Source: Candidatus Nomurabacteria bacterium (lineage in GTDB: Bacteria > Patescibacteriota > WWE3 > UBA101185 > UBA10185). Taken from it: 64,000 nucleotides of DNA. The stretch spans positions 295,601 through 359,600 of the forward strand of contig JACKGU010000001.1 in NCBI GenBank assembly GCA_020631855.1. Reading direction: 5' to 3'. A model generated the notes under the pieces. That model was not told the DNA's origin. It was given only the letters and a program-made list of their open reading frames with translations, and did no database searches. Positions 1-10,600 of this stretch are shown here, one piece after another (the stretch's first letter is position 1; the number at the start of each line of letters is the position of its first letter). The position numbers and the translations under genes were made by a program.

Positions 1-209
1 TTCTCACTTAAATCGAGATTGTGTCTGGCATTAGCAACTGCGGAATCAAGCACTTTTAGTATTAAAGTCGAAGCATTTGTTCGATTAAACATTAGTACTC
101 TTTTTGCCTCAGCTACGTTTTTGCCCCTTATCAGTGCTAAGACGGGATTCACCTTCTTAACAGATGACTTAGCGTATTTATGTTTTGCATAGACTATTGC
201 GTTACTCAT
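1..209 (-). CDS. rplV: 50S ribosomal protein L22 (N-terminal part; gene runs off the left edge)
   Basis: Manual minus-strand translation from the ATG at 207-209 gives MSNAIVYAKHKYAKSSVKKVNPVLALIRGKNVAEAKRVLMFNRTNASTLILKVLDSAVANARHNLDLSE. This matches the L22 core and follows rpsS as in the S10 operon. Confidence 0.85.
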   Translation of the reverse strand, partial: MSNAIVYAKHKYAKSSVKKVNPVLALIRGKNVAEAKRVLMFNRTNASTLILKVLDSAVANARHNLDLSE

Positions 210-211
210 TT

Positions 212-481
212 TTATTTCTTCTTCTTAGAGGAATGCCCTCTAAATGTCCTTGTAGGCGAAAATTCGCCCAACTTATGCCCCACCATTGCTTCCGAAATGG
301 ACACTTCAATGTGCTTTTTGCCATTGTGTACTGCTATAACCATGCCTACCATCTCAGGTGTTATAGTTGACGCTCGTGCCCATGTAATTATAGGGCCCTT
401 TTTACCGGCCGCTTTTATTTTAGCGACTTTTTCCATTAGTTTTTGGTCAACGTAAGGACCTTTTTTAAGCGATCTTGACAT
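212..481 (-). CDS. rpsS: 30S ribosomal protein S19
   Basis: 89-aa [15 protein letters not shown]...VHNGKKH...GHKLGEF is a canonical S19. S10-operon synteny. Confidence 0.97.
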   Translation of the reverse strand: MSRSLKKGPYVDQKLMEKVAKIKAAGKKGPIITWARASTITPEMVGMVIAVHNGKKHIEVSISEAMVGHKLGEFSPTRTFRGHSSKKKK

Positions 482-1314
482 TATTTACCCTTTCTCTTTC
501 TTGGTCGAGCTGTTACTACAAACTTATTAGTGTGTGTACGGCTACGTGTCTTAAACCCTCTTGTAGGTTTTCCCCAAGGAGTCTTTGGATGACCTGTACC
601 GTTATCTCTGTAAGAACCTGCATGTGGGTGGTCTTTTGGATTCGACATAGCGACACCTCGTACATGTGGTCTTCTACCCAAATGTCTCATTTTACCTGCT
701 TTTCCTAGTCTTGCAAGTCTATGGTCAGCATTCCCGAGGGTTCCTATTGTAGCATAGCATTTTGCAGCAACTTTTTTAACCTCTCCACTAGGGAGTTTAA
801 CGTTTACGAAATTTCCTTCTTTGGCCAAAACAACAGCGCTGTTACCTGCGCCCCTTACCATCTGTGCACCTTTTCCCGGGTTTAGCTCAATATTATGTAT
901 AGGCATACCTGCAGGAATGTTACTTAACGGTAAGCTATTTCCAACCTGAGCTTTTGCATCTTCCCCTACCTCAACGACCATCCCGACTTCTAAACCTTCG
1001 GGTGCCAAAATATAAGACTTCTCCCCATCTGCATAGTGTAAAAGGGCTAAATCGGGCCCTCGGTTCGGATCATATTCGATTGCGGCCACTTTTGCAGGAA
1101 TGCCGAATTTTATTCTTTTAAATTCTATTATTCTGTAATGCTTTTTTGCGCCTCTTTCTCTGAAGCGACTTGTAACAGTGCCTTTACTACGTCCAACATG
1201 GCCTTTTATTGATTTCGTTAATCTTTTTTCAGGCTTTGATTTAGTTATATTACTCTTTACGAGTGTTTTTCTTGTCCTAATTCCCGGACTTGTAGGCTTA
1301 TATTTTTTTAGCAT
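481..1314 (-). CDS. rplB: 50S ribosomal protein L2
   Basis: 277-aa ORF with L2 hallmarks (GRNN-type core, ...[13 protein letters not shown]...). Synteny. Confidence 0.97.
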   Translation of the reverse strand: MLKKYKPTSPGIRTRKTLVKSNITKSKPEKRLTKSIKGHVGRSKGTVTSRFRERGAKKHYRIIEFKRIKFGIPAKVAAIEYDPNRGPDLALLHYADGEKSYILAPEGLEVGMVVEVGEDAKAQVGNSLPLSNIPAGMPIHNIELNPGKGAQMVRGAGNSAVVLAKEGNFVNVKLPSGEVKKVAAKCYATIGTLGNADHRLARLGKAGKMRHLGRRPHVRGVAMSNPKDHPHAGSYRDNGTGHPKTPWGKPTRGFKTRSRTHTNKFVVTARPRKRKGK

Positions 1315-1315
1315 T

Positions 1316-1609
1316 TTACTTCGTCTCCTCCGTCAGTTTTATCTTTTGCCCTTTTTTAATCTCGATTACCGCTTTCTTCCACTTTGGGGTTTTGGTAAAT
1401 CTTCTGGATTTCAGTATTCTTCTCTTTTTTCCGGGCATAATATATGTTTTTACATCCAAAACTTCAACACCAAACATTTTTGCCGCCACTTCAGCAATTG
1501 CACCTTTGGAGGCTTTCACACCCACTTCGAAAGTGTATTTGTTCTGCCCCTCGGCTTGTACAGACTTTTCGGTTATTATCGGTTTTTTAATTATTTCGTT
1601 TAACTTCAT
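1316..1609 (-). CDS. rplW: 50S ribosomal protein L23
   Basis: 97-aa ORF, IIKKPIITEKS... start typical of L23. Lies between L4 and L2. Confidence 0.93.
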   Translation of the reverse strand: MKLNEIIKKPIITEKSVQAEGQNKYTFEVGVKASKGAIAEVAAKMFGVEVLDVKTYIMPGKKRRILKSRRFTKTPKWKKAVIEIKKGQKIKLTEETK

Positions 1610-2244
1610 TATTTAAATCTCCCTTTGTATTTTGTCTGTATTATATCAACGGCCTTTTTTGTAAAAATAACTTTGTGGGCATTCATAAGTTCATAAGCAT
1701 TAACATTTTGTACCAAAGCAGTATGAACCCAAGGAATATTGGCGACACTCTTTCTCACATTCATATCATTATCATCTAGTATTATTAAGGATCTTCTTGA
1801 GTCTAAACCGGCAGCCTTCATCATTGCTGCAAATTTAGAAGTACTTGGCTCTGCTGCCTTTAGCGTATCCACAACAAAAACGTTATCCTTAGACACCTTC
1901 AAAGATAGTGCGCTTAGAAGTGCTAAAGATTTCATCTTCTTTGTAAGTTTTAAGCTCCACGATTTTGGCTTAGGTCCGTGCACAATTCCACCTTTTCTCC
2001 ATAGAGGGCTTCTGATAGACCCGACTCTAGCGCGTCCCGTACCTTTTTGACGCCAAGGCTTTCGACCAGCCCCGGATACTTCAGCTCTGGTTTTAGTTGA
2101 TGAAGTTCCCTGTCGCATATTATGCAAAAAGACTCTTACATACTGTTTTAAAGTCTCTATACGAGGCTCAAGTTTAAACACAGAAGTATCAAGATCCATT
2201 TTCTCTAAAACTTCACCCTTTGTATTAATTACATTAATTTGCAT
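1609..2244 (-). CDS. rplD: 50S ribosomal protein L4
   Basis: ORF 1609..2259 contains GAGRKPWRQKGTGRARVGSIRSPLWRKGG. The start is probably MQINV at 2244 (the upstream MRRYR would deepen the overlap with rplC). Confidence 0.93.
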   Translation of the reverse strand: MQINVINTKGEVLEKMDLDTSVFKLEPRIETLKQYVRVFLHNMRQGTSSTKTRAEVSGAGRKPWRQKGTGRARVGSIRSPLWRKGGIVHGPKPKSWSLKLTKKMKSLALLSALSLKVSKDNVFVVDTLKAAEPSTSKFAAMMKAAGLDSRRSLIILDDNDMNVRKSVANIPWVHTALVQNVNAYELMNAHKVIFTKKAVDIIQTKYKGRFK

Positions 2245-2719
2245 TCTGTACCTCCTCAACGACTGTTCCTTGTTGCGGTAAATCTATGTAAATCGTTATA
2301 TCTGCGTTTCTCGCTCCCGGAACCGGGCCCGTTAAAGCTATGATTTTGGTTTCATTATTAATATCAACAATTCGCAGGCCTTTCAAAGTAACCTGCTTGT
2401 TGCCTTGGTTTCCGGCCATCTTCTTACCCTTAAAAACCTTGCTTGGTGTCTGAGCTCCAATAGAGCCGCCGGATCTTGCCTTGTCTGACTGACCTCGGGT
2501 AGCCTGGGCACCTTTAAAATTCCATTTTTTCATAACTCCTGTAAATCCTTTACCTTTGGAGATGCTGGAAATTACAACTTCATTATTTAAAACCGAGCTG
2601 TCTAAAGCAGACTCCAACGAAACATACGTAACGGGAATAACTTTACCTTCAGGTGTAAATACCTGACTCATGTTAAGTTTCTTACCTTTTAATTTGTTCC
2701 AATTCTTATAGTCTTGCAT
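2234..2719 (-). CDS. rplC: 50S ribosomal protein L3, unusually short (161 aa)
   Basis: N-terminal KGKKLNMSQVF..PVTYV and C-terminal SKGKGFTGVMKKWNF...GSIGAQTPSKVFKGKKMAG blocks match L3. The middle segment is strongly shortened. Confidence 0.9.
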   Translation of the reverse strand: MQDYKNWNKLKGKKLNMSQVFTPEGKVIPVTYVSLESALDSSVLNNEVVISSISKGKGFTGVMKKWNFKGAQATRGQSDKARSGGSIGAQTPSKVFKGKKMAGNQGNKQVTLKGLRIVDINNETKIIALTGPVPGARNADITIYIDLPQQGTVVEEVQNAN

Positions 2720-2832
2720 TTTATCTCGCTAACTTCGCTTATTACTAAGCATTGGCTCTAAGCTCTATTTTAAACTTTTCAGTTTGTTTTTAGTAATAAA
2801 TGCCGAGCTAAAAGCATTTATATTATTTAAAT

Positions 2833-2852
2833 AAAAAAAGCCCTAAAGGGCT
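2833..2852 (-). terminator. Intrinsic terminator between rpsJ and rplC
   Basis: Minus strand reads AGCCC-UUUA-GGGCU followed by seven U. It lies in a 220-bp spacer inside the S10 operon. Confidence 0.55.
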
Positions 2853-2940
2853 CCTAATACTTTATATTATTTGCCCTGTTATGTAAACCTTTTTATTAAA
2901 ATCAACATTTTTTATTTTGCGCAGTAGGCGCATTTGGCAG

Positions 2941-3264
2941 CTACATTTTAATAGAAATACCTACACCTGCCGGTAAGCTAAGGTTTGATAAGGTTTCTAT
3001 TGTTGCAGCTGTTGGATTGACTACATCCAACACTCTCTTGTGAGTTCTAAGTTCAAACTGCTCTCGAGACCTTTTATCTATGTGGGGGCCTCTTATTACA
3101 GTGTATCGTTCTGTTTTTGTTGGCAAAGGAACAGGTCCTACTATCGACGCTCCGGTTCGAACCGTTGCATCGGCAATTTTTTGGCAACTCAAATCAATGA
3201 TTCTGCTATCGTATGCCTTTAGTTTTATTCTAATTTTTATGTCTTTTTTTTCTGTTTTTGCCAT
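2941..3264 (-). CDS. rpsJ: 30S ribosomal protein S10
   Basis: 107-aa [12 protein letters not shown]...LDVVNPT is a canonical S10. Confidence 0.97.
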   Translation of the reverse strand: MAKTEKKDIKIRIKLKAYDSRIIDLSCQKIADATVRTGASIVGPVPLPTKTERYTVIRGPHIDKRSREQFELRTHKRVLDVVNPTAATIETLSNLSLPAGVGISIKM

Positions 3265-3274
3265 TTTTTCTGGG

Positions 3275-3299
3275 GAGGGGCGCCTGAATGGCGCCCCTC
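3275..3299 (-). other. GC-rich 10-bp stem-loop between tuf and rpsJ (no U-tract)
   Basis: GAGGGGCGCC-5 nt-GGCGCCCCUC, a perfect complement in an AT-rich background. Confidence 0.6.
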
Positions 3300-3310
3300 A
3301 TTAAATAATC

Positions 3311-4489
3311 TTAAGCAAGCACCTTTGTAATAACTCCGGCTCCTACTGTGTGACCGCCTTCTCTAATTGCGAATTTTAGGCCTTCTTCTAATGCTACAGG
3401 TGTAATAAGCTTAACTTTTATGTTTGTGCTGTCACCCGGCATTATCATCTCAACACCTTCGGTTAAAGTGATTTCTCCGGTTACATCTGTTGTTCTAAGA
3501 TAAAATTGAGGCCTATATCCTGCAAAGAATGGCTTGTGTCTTCCGCCCTCTTCTTTTGACAGAACATATATTTCAGCTTCGAATTCGGTGTGAGGTGTAA
3601 CAGAACCTGCCTTGGCAAGTACTTGTCCTCTTTCTATATCTTCTCGACCAATACCTCTAAGAAGAATTCCGACGTTGTCTCCAGCCTGACCCTCCTGCAT
3701 TGATTTTTTGAACATTTCAACACCGGTTACTGTGGTCTTTCTAGTGTCTTTTATACCAACGATTTCGATTTCTTCTCCTACTTTAACGACACCTCTCTCG
3801 ATTCTTCCCGTTGAAACGGTACCTCTACCTGAAATAGAGAATACGTCTTCAACTGGCATCAAGAATGGCTTGTCAAGGTCTCTCTTAGGAGTTGGGATAT
3901 AACTGTCTACAGCGTCCATTAATTTAACAATTGACTCTGCGGCTTCAGCATCGCCTTCTAGAGCCTTTAATGCTGAACCTCTTATTACAGGGATCTCTTC
4001 TCCCGGGAAACCATACTTTGTTAGAAGCTCTCTAACTTCAAGTTCCACCAGATCTAAGAGCTCTGCGTCTTGAACCATGTCTGTTTTATTCATGAACACT
4101 ACTATTGCAGGAACGTTAACCTGTCTTGCAAGAAGTATGTGTTCTCTAGTTTGAGGCATCGGTCCATCAGGTGCAGAAACAACCAAAATAGCCCCGTCCA
4201 ACTGTGCAGCACCGGTAATCATGTTCTTGATGTAGTCGGCGTGACCCGGACAGTCAATATGAGCGTAGTGCCTTGCGGCGGTCTCGTACTCAACGTGGGT
4301 AATATTTATGGTAATACCTCTTGCTCTCTCTTCAGGAGCTTTGTCTATATCTTCAAATTTTTTAAAGTCTGCCATACCTTTGTCTGATAAGACTTTTGTA
4401 ATAGCAGCAGTAAGTGTTGTCTTTCCATGATCGACGTGACCGATGGTACCGACATTGGCATGTGGTTTATTTCTAATAAAATCTGCCAT
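3311..4489 (-). CDS. tuf: Elongation factor Tu
   Basis: 392-aa [21 protein letters not shown], NKxD motifs. Confidence 0.98.
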   Translation of the reverse strand: MADFIRNKPHANVGTIGHVDHGKTTLTAAITKVLSDKGMADFKKFEDIDKAPEERARGITINITHVEYETAARHYAHIDCPGHADYIKNMITGAAQLDGAILVVSAPDGPMPQTREHILLARQVNVPAIVVFMNKTDMVQDAELLDLVELEVRELLTKYGFPGEEIPVIRGSALKALEGDAEAAESIVKLMDAVDSYIPTPKRDLDKPFLMPVEDVFSISGRGTVSTGRIERGVVKVGEEIEIVGIKDTRKTTVTGVEMFKKSMQEGQAGDNVGILLRGIGREDIERGQVLAKAGSVTPHTEFEAEIYVLSKEEGGRHKPFFAGYRPQFYLRTTDVTGEITLTEGVEMIMPGDSTNIKVKLITPVALEEGLKFAIREGGHTVGAGVITKVLA

Positions 4490-4637
4490 TTTTGGCCTTT
4501 CTTTATATCTTCAACGGCTTGAACGTAATTTCAAACCCTAAAGACATAAACAATTCTATACTACTTGTTCTTAAAGCAACTAACAGTTAACCAAATAATC
4601 ACGAGAAAATCAAGCCTTTGGGCATAAAACAAAAAAC

Positions 4638-6722
4638 CTACCTATGACTTGAAATGTTTTCAGCAATGTTTGCGGGAACTTCTTCGTAGTGACTTGGCTC
4701 CATTGTAAAAGATGCTCGTCCTTGAGTCATGCCTCGAAGATCGGTCGCGTAACCAAACATTTCGGCAAGGGGAACCTTAGCTCTTACAACTGTTGCTTTT
4801 CCTCGTGTTTCAGTACCTTCTATCTTTCCTCGCTTTGAAGAAAGATTTCCTATGACATCGCCCATAAACTCATCGGGAGTGATTACTTCAACTTTCATGA
4901 TAGGCTCAAGAAGATAAGGCTTAGCCGCCCTCTGCGCCATTTTAAATGCTTCAGATGCCGCTATCTTGAAGGCTATTTCTGAAGAGTCAACTTCGTGGTA
5001 CGAACCATCAGTAAGTGTAACAGATACGTCTACAACCGGATAACCTGCAACTACCCCTGCCTCTGTAGCTTCTCTTATTCCCTTTTCTACAGCAGGAACG
5101 TATTCTTTGGGTATAGAACCTCCAACAATCTTATCGTGGAACTCTATGCCTTTTCCGGGTTCGAGAGGTGCCACAGTTATTACAACATGCCCGTACTGAC
5201 CGCGACCCCCTGACTGTCTTATATACTTGTTTTCTTTTTCAACTGTATCTTTAATAGATTCTCTGTATGCTACCTGTGGTCTGCCGGTGTTTACTTCAAC
5301 CTTAAATTCTCTTTTCATTCTATCTACAATAATTTCTAAATGAAGCTCGCCCATTCCATATAAAACTGTTTCACCGGTTTCAACGTCAGATTTCACCTTC
5401 AATGTAGGATCTTCTTCTAAGAATTTTTTAAGAGCTACGCCCATCTTATCTCGGTCGGTTTTTGTTTTTGGCTCTATCATGAGCCCTATAACAGGCTCTG
5501 CGAAATCAATTGATTCTAAAACAACAGGCCTGCCTTCGTCACAAAGAGTGTCTCCAGTGGTGGTCTCACTTAATCCCACTGCAGCTGCGATTTCTCCTGC
5601 AGAAATTTCTTTGATTTCTTCACGATGGTTTGCATGCATTAATAAAATTCGGCTTAATCTTTCTTTTTTGTCTTTTGTGGAGTTGTACAAATATGAGCCG
5701 GATGTTATTTTTCCAGAGTAAACTCTGAAGTAAGTGAGTCTTCCAACAAAAGGGTCGGTCTGAATCTTAAATGCAAGGGCTGTAAAAGGCTCATTCTCAT
5801 CTGTAAGTAATGTAACTTCTTGGTTATTTTTTGTGTTTACACAAACTATATCAGGAGTGTCTTGGGGAGAAGGTAAATATGCGGTTACACCATCTAAAAG
5901 CTTTTGAACCCCAACGTTTCCTAGCGCAGATCCGCAGAACACAGGATACAACTTAGCTTTTATTGTTAGTTTTCGAATGCCTGCCTTTATTTCTTCTGGT
6001 GTAAATTCATCTCCATTTAAGAACCTTTCAAGCATTGCATCGTCTGCCTCAGCAACCTTTTCAATTAACATGGCTCTAAACTCTTTTACTTTTTCTTTAT
6101 AATCTTCGGGAATCGGAATCTCAGAAACCTCTTCACCAAATTTTCCTGCAAAAGAATAGGCTTTCTGCTCTACTAAATCTATTACTGAGTGCATGTCATT
6201 TTCTATACCAATTGGAATCTGTACGGGAACTGCATCTTTTGACAAACGATCATGAATCGAGTTAAGAGACATGTAGAAATCGCCGCCAACTTTATCCAAT
6301 TTGTTAATGAAACATAAAAGAGGAACGTGATATTTTTCGGATTGTCGCCAAACTGTTTCACTTTGAGGTTCAACGCCCTGGGATCCGTCAAATACAACTA
6401 CTCCGCCATCCAAAACTCTTAATGATCTTTCAACTTCAGCAGTGAAATCTACGTGCCCCGGAGTATCAATAATATTAATTCTAAAATCACTCCAGAAACA
6501 AGTAGTAGCGGCAGATGTAATAGTTATGCCCCGCTCGCGCTCCTGCGCCATCCAGTCCATTTGTGCGGCGCCTTCGTGAACCTCGCCGATTTTGTGGGAT
6601 CTCCCTGTGTAGTAAAGAACACGCTCGGTTAGGGTTGTTTTACCGGCATCTACGTGGGCAATAATACCTATGTTTCTAATTTTATCTAGGGTATATTTTT
6701 TATCGGCATTTGCTTTGGACAT
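4638..6722 (-). CDS. fusA: Elongation factor G
   Basis: [17 protein letters not shown], full-length EF-G. The ORF-track start at 6728 is a TTG directly after the rpsG stop; the ATG two codons later (6722) is more likely. Confidence 0.97.
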   Translation of the reverse strand: MSKANADKKYTLDKIRNIGIIAHVDAGKTTLTERVLYYTGRSHKIGEVHEGAAQMDWMAQERERGITITSAATTCFWSDFRINIIDTPGHVDFTAEVERSLRVLDGGVVVFDGSQGVEPQSETVWRQSEKYHVPLLCFINKLDKVGGDFYMSLNSIHDRLSKDAVPVQIPIGIENDMHSVIDLVEQKAYSFAGKFGEEVSEIPIPEDYKEKVKEFRAMLIEKVAEADDAMLERFLNGDEFTPEEIKAGIRKLTIKAKLYPVFCGSALGNVGVQKLLDGVTAYLPSPQDTPDIVCVNTKNNQEVTLLTDENEPFTALAFKIQTDPFVGRLTYFRVYSGKITSGSYLYNSTKDKKERLSRILLMHANHREEIKEISAGEIAAAVGLSETTTGDTLCDEGRPVVLESIDFAEPVIGLMIEPKTKTDRDKMGVALKKFLEEDPTLKVKSDVETGETVLYGMGELHLEIIVDRMKREFKVEVNTGRPQVAYRESIKDTVEKENKYIRQSGGRGQYGHVVITVAPLEPGKGIEFHDKIVGGSIPKEYVPAVEKGIREATEAGVVAGYPVVDVSVTLTDGSYHEVDSSEIAFKIAASEAFKMAQRAAKPYLLEPIMKVEVITPDEFMGDVIGNLSSKRGKIEGTETRGKATVVRAKVPLAEMFGYATDLRGMTQGRASFTMEPSHYEEVPANIAENISSHR

Positions 6723-6728
6723 AAACAA

Positions 6729-7193
6729 TTAGAACCTAAAATGCGCAAAAGCTCTATTTGCTTCAGCCATTTTATGAGTGTCATCTCTCTTTTTAACAGA
6801 ATCACCTATACCCTCGTAAGCGTTCTTAATTTCTACATATAATTTTTCTTCCATGGGCTTACCGTGCTTGGTTCTTGCAGATCTTACAATCCAGCGTAAA
6901 GCTAAAGCTTCAGCCCTTGTATGTTTAACGGGCATAGGAACCTGGTATGTCGCCCCACCTATTCTTCGAGATCTAACCTCTTGTTTTGGCATTACTACCT
7001 TAACGGCTTCTTCAAACATTGCGAGCCCTTCTTTTCGATCTTCAGCTAACTTTTCCAATGCTCCATAAACAACCTTTTCGGCGGTGGACTTTTCACCATC
7101 TAACATAACAATATTAATAAAACGTGCAACGACTCTTGATTTGTATAAAGGATCTGGGGTTGTTATTCTTTTTTTTGCTTTTTTAGATCTCAT
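6729..7193 (-). CDS. rpsG: 30S ribosomal protein S7
   Basis: 154-aa ORF typical of S7. str-operon synteny. Confidence 0.96.
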   Translation of the reverse strand: MRSKKAKKRITTPDPLYKSRVVARFINIVMLDGEKSTAEKVVYGALEKLAEDRKEGLAMFEEAVKVVMPKQEVRSRRIGGATYQVPMPVKHTRAEALALRWIVRSARTKHGKPMEEKLYVEIKNAYEGIGDSVKKRDDTHKMAEANRAFAHFRF

Positions 7194-7207
7194 TAACTAT
7201 ATTCTCC

Positions 7208-7624
7208 TTAGTTAGCCTTTGGCTTTTTAGTACCGTAAATTGACCTTGATGATTTTCGCTTTTGAACTCCCTGTAAATCGTATTTTCCTCTCACAATTGT
7301 GTATTTAATACCGGGCAAGTCTTTAACTCTTCCGCCTCTAACTAACACAACAGAGTGTTCCTGCAAATTATGACCTTCTCCTGGAATATAAGCAGTTATT
7401 TCCTTTTTATTTGTGAGTCTTACCCTAGCAACTTTTCTCAAAGCCGAGTTTGGCTTTCTTGGTGTTTGCGTTTTAACTTGAATACAAACTCCTCGTTTAA
7501 AAGGGCCATTTAAATTTTTGAAGACTCTCTTTTTCGTGTTAAACATCAAAGACAAAGCAGGTGTACTGGCTTTTCTAACAGCCGTCTTTCTACCTTTTCT
7601 TACTAATTGATTAATTGTTGGCAT
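7208..7624 (-). CDS. rpsL: 30S ribosomal protein S12
   Basis: [12 protein letters not shown]...PNSALRK is a canonical S12. Confidence 0.97.
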   Translation of the reverse strand: MPTINQLVRKGRKTAVRKASTPALSLMFNTKKRVFKNLNGPFKRGVCIQVKTQTPRKPNSALRKVARVRLTNKKEITAYIPGEGHNLQEHSVVLVRGGRVKDLPGIKYTIVRGKYDLQGVQKRKSSRSIYGTKKPKAN

Positions 7625-7660
7625 AACTTTCTTTCTTTATTCCATCTATCATAAACTCAA

Positions 7661-10600
7661 TTACTCTATCTCCGCCCGTTCGCCGGTTGGGATTAATCTA
7701 CCAATAATAACATTTTCTTTCAATCCCTGGAGCATATCGACTTTACCAGACGAGGCGGCATCGGTCAACACTTGGCTTGTCTGAATAAAAGCCGCGGCAG
7801 ATAAGAAACTGTCTGTATTGAGAGAGGCTTTTGTAATACCAAGAAGTGTGACTCTTGCAGTAGCAGGAGTTCCGCCCTCAGCTATAACCCTTTCGTTCTC
7901 CTCAATAAAGGTATCTTTTGTTGCTATATCGGTCGGCAAAAATGAAGTATCTCCCGCATCCTCAACCTTAACGTGGCCAAACATCTGCTTAACTATAACT
8001 TCAATATGCTTATCGTTCAAAGGCACTCCCTGACTTGCATAAACATTTTGAATTTCACTTAAGATATATTCTTTTGTCTTTGCTACACCCACAGTACTTA
8101 ACAAGTCCGCTAGATCAAGATGACCTTCGGTAAGCTTGTCGCCCTTGGCGACAAGCTGCCCATCCTCAACTATGATTGTTGCAATAGGATCGACAACATA
8201 CTCAACCATCTTTTGTTCCTCAGACGGATCACTTGCTTTAACAAGTATTTTTCTCTCATCTCCGGATTCAATAATAGTAACAGACCCTGTAATATCGCTC
8301 ATAACCGACAAGAATTTAGGAGCCCTGGCTTCAACTAATTCCTCTATTCTCGGCAAACCTTGAGTAATGTCTTTACCAACAACACCTCCGGTGTGGAATG
8401 TTCTCATTGTAAGCTGAGTTCCCGGCTCACCTATTGCTTGGGCTGCTGAAACTCCAACGGCCACGCCCATATCTACCAACGATTGGGTCATTATGTCGGC
8501 GCCATAACATTGTGCACAAATACCTCTGCGGGTTTCACAAGAAAGCGGCGATCTAATAACTACTGTATCTACTTTTTCGTCTTGCAATAAACGTAAATCC
8601 TCAGCTGTTAACATATGCCCACGCTCCAATAGCTTTTTATTGCCTTTCTTCACTTCTTCAGCTAAAATTCTTCCTTTAAATCTTTCCTCAAAGGAATTTA
8701 AGAGAGTCTTTTCTCCCACACGAATTGTTCTACCTGAGGTAGTTCCACAGTCATCTTGTCTAACAATAACCTCCTGGGCTACATCAACCAATTTTCTGGT
8801 CAAGTATCCTGCATCAGCAGTCTTAAGAGATTTATCAACTAGACCTTTACGAGCGCCTCTTGCACCTACGAAGTATTCCAAGGCTGACAATCCAAGCTTA
8901 TAGTTACCGAGCAAAGGCATGGTAACAATGTTTCCTGAAGCATCAAATACTAAACCTCTAATACCGGCCAATTGTGAAACTTGAGTTCTCGAAGCTCTTG
9001 TTGCTTTTGAGTTTATTAGTAATTTCAATGGGTTGCTGTCAGTCAAGTTGCCCCAGATTTTGTCATCTATCTCGGATCTTACGCCTTCCCATAAGTCTTC
9101 CGTATGTCTGTGTTTTTCACGTTCAGTAATGTATCCCATATTAAAGTTTTTATTTACCTCAAAAACTTTAGCTTTTCCTGCTTCAATTAAGGTTTCTCTT
9201 TCGGCTGGAATCGCGACATCGTCAAGTGAAACAGACTGGCCTGCCGATGTTCCGTATTTAAGACCAAAGTCTTTAAGATTGTCGATTAAATCTGCTATAT
9301 CTTGATTTGGGAGCTCATCAAAAACTTTTACTAAAATTTCTTCTACTTTACTCTTATCTACCGCCTCGTTCACAAATGCATAGTTTTCAGGCAAATACTC
9401 ATTAAATCTCAGTCTTCCCAGTGTAGTTTCAACTATTTTTCCGTTTATTCTTACCTTAATTAACTGTCTTTCGGAAATAATTGATAGAGCATCAAAGGCA
9501 TATCTTGCCTCTGCAGCAGAAGCGAATACTTTTTCGTAAAGCTCTGTACTATTATCAAGAGATGTAATGTAGTAAATACCAAACAAAACGATCTTTGCGG
9601 GAATTGAGAAAGGTTTACCGTCGGAAGGGCGTCTTAAATTAGCTATTGAAATCATCTTAGTTTTTGCTTCCTCAACTGATTGCTTTGATAAAGGAACCAA
9701 AACAGCCATTTGGTCTCCGTCAAAGTCAGCGTTATAGCCCGGGCATACGCACAAATGTAATCTAATAGCATTGCCTTCAATTAGCTTGGGATAAAATGCT
9801 TGAATACCTAACCTCCAAAGAGTTGGTTGTCTGTTCAGAAGCACTGGGTGATCTTTAACTACTTCCTCTAAGATGTCCCAGACTTCTGATACTCTTGATT
9901 CTAATACATACTTTGCACTTTTAACATTTGGGGCAATGCCTCGAGATAATAATTCTCTTAACACAAAAGGTTTAAAAAGTTCCAATGCCATTTCCTTTGG
10001 AATTCCACACTCATCCAATCTCAAAGTAGGGCCATTAACAATAACCCCTCTACCGGAGTAATCAACTCTCTTACCTAATAAGTTTTGTCTGAAACGACCC
10101 TGCTTACCTTTTAACTGGTCAGCTAAAGATTTTAAGGTCTTCTTTCCTCTTGAGGATCTCGCCTTATTTCGTTGCTTTGAAGAATCCAACAAAGCATCAA
10201 CCGATTCCTGAAGCATTCTTTTTTCATTTCTAATTATTACTTCCGGGGCTCCTAGATCCAACAATTTTTTCAATCGGTTATTTCTATTTATAACTCTTCT
10301 ATATAGATCGTTTGCGTCTGAAGTTGCGAAACGTCCGCCATCAAGCTGTACCATAGGTCTTAGTTCCGGCGGTATTACGGGCAAAACATCAATAACCATG
10401 CGCGCGGGCTGTATGCCGGCTCTTCTGAAACCCTCAACTACTTTTAATCTTTTCGATAGCTTTACTGCTTTTTGTCCCTTAGATCTCTCTAACTCAGACC
10501 TTAATGATTCGGAAAGATCGTTTAAATCAAGCTCTTCCAAAATATACTTTATGGCATCAGCTCCAATCGCAACTTCACAGAAAAGATCAATGTAATCTGC

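Noticed and set aside
3150-3175. GGTTCGAACC-like sequence resembling a tRNA T-arm.
   Set aside because: It lies inside the well-supported rpsJ coding frame, and no acceptor or anticodon stems can be drawn around it.
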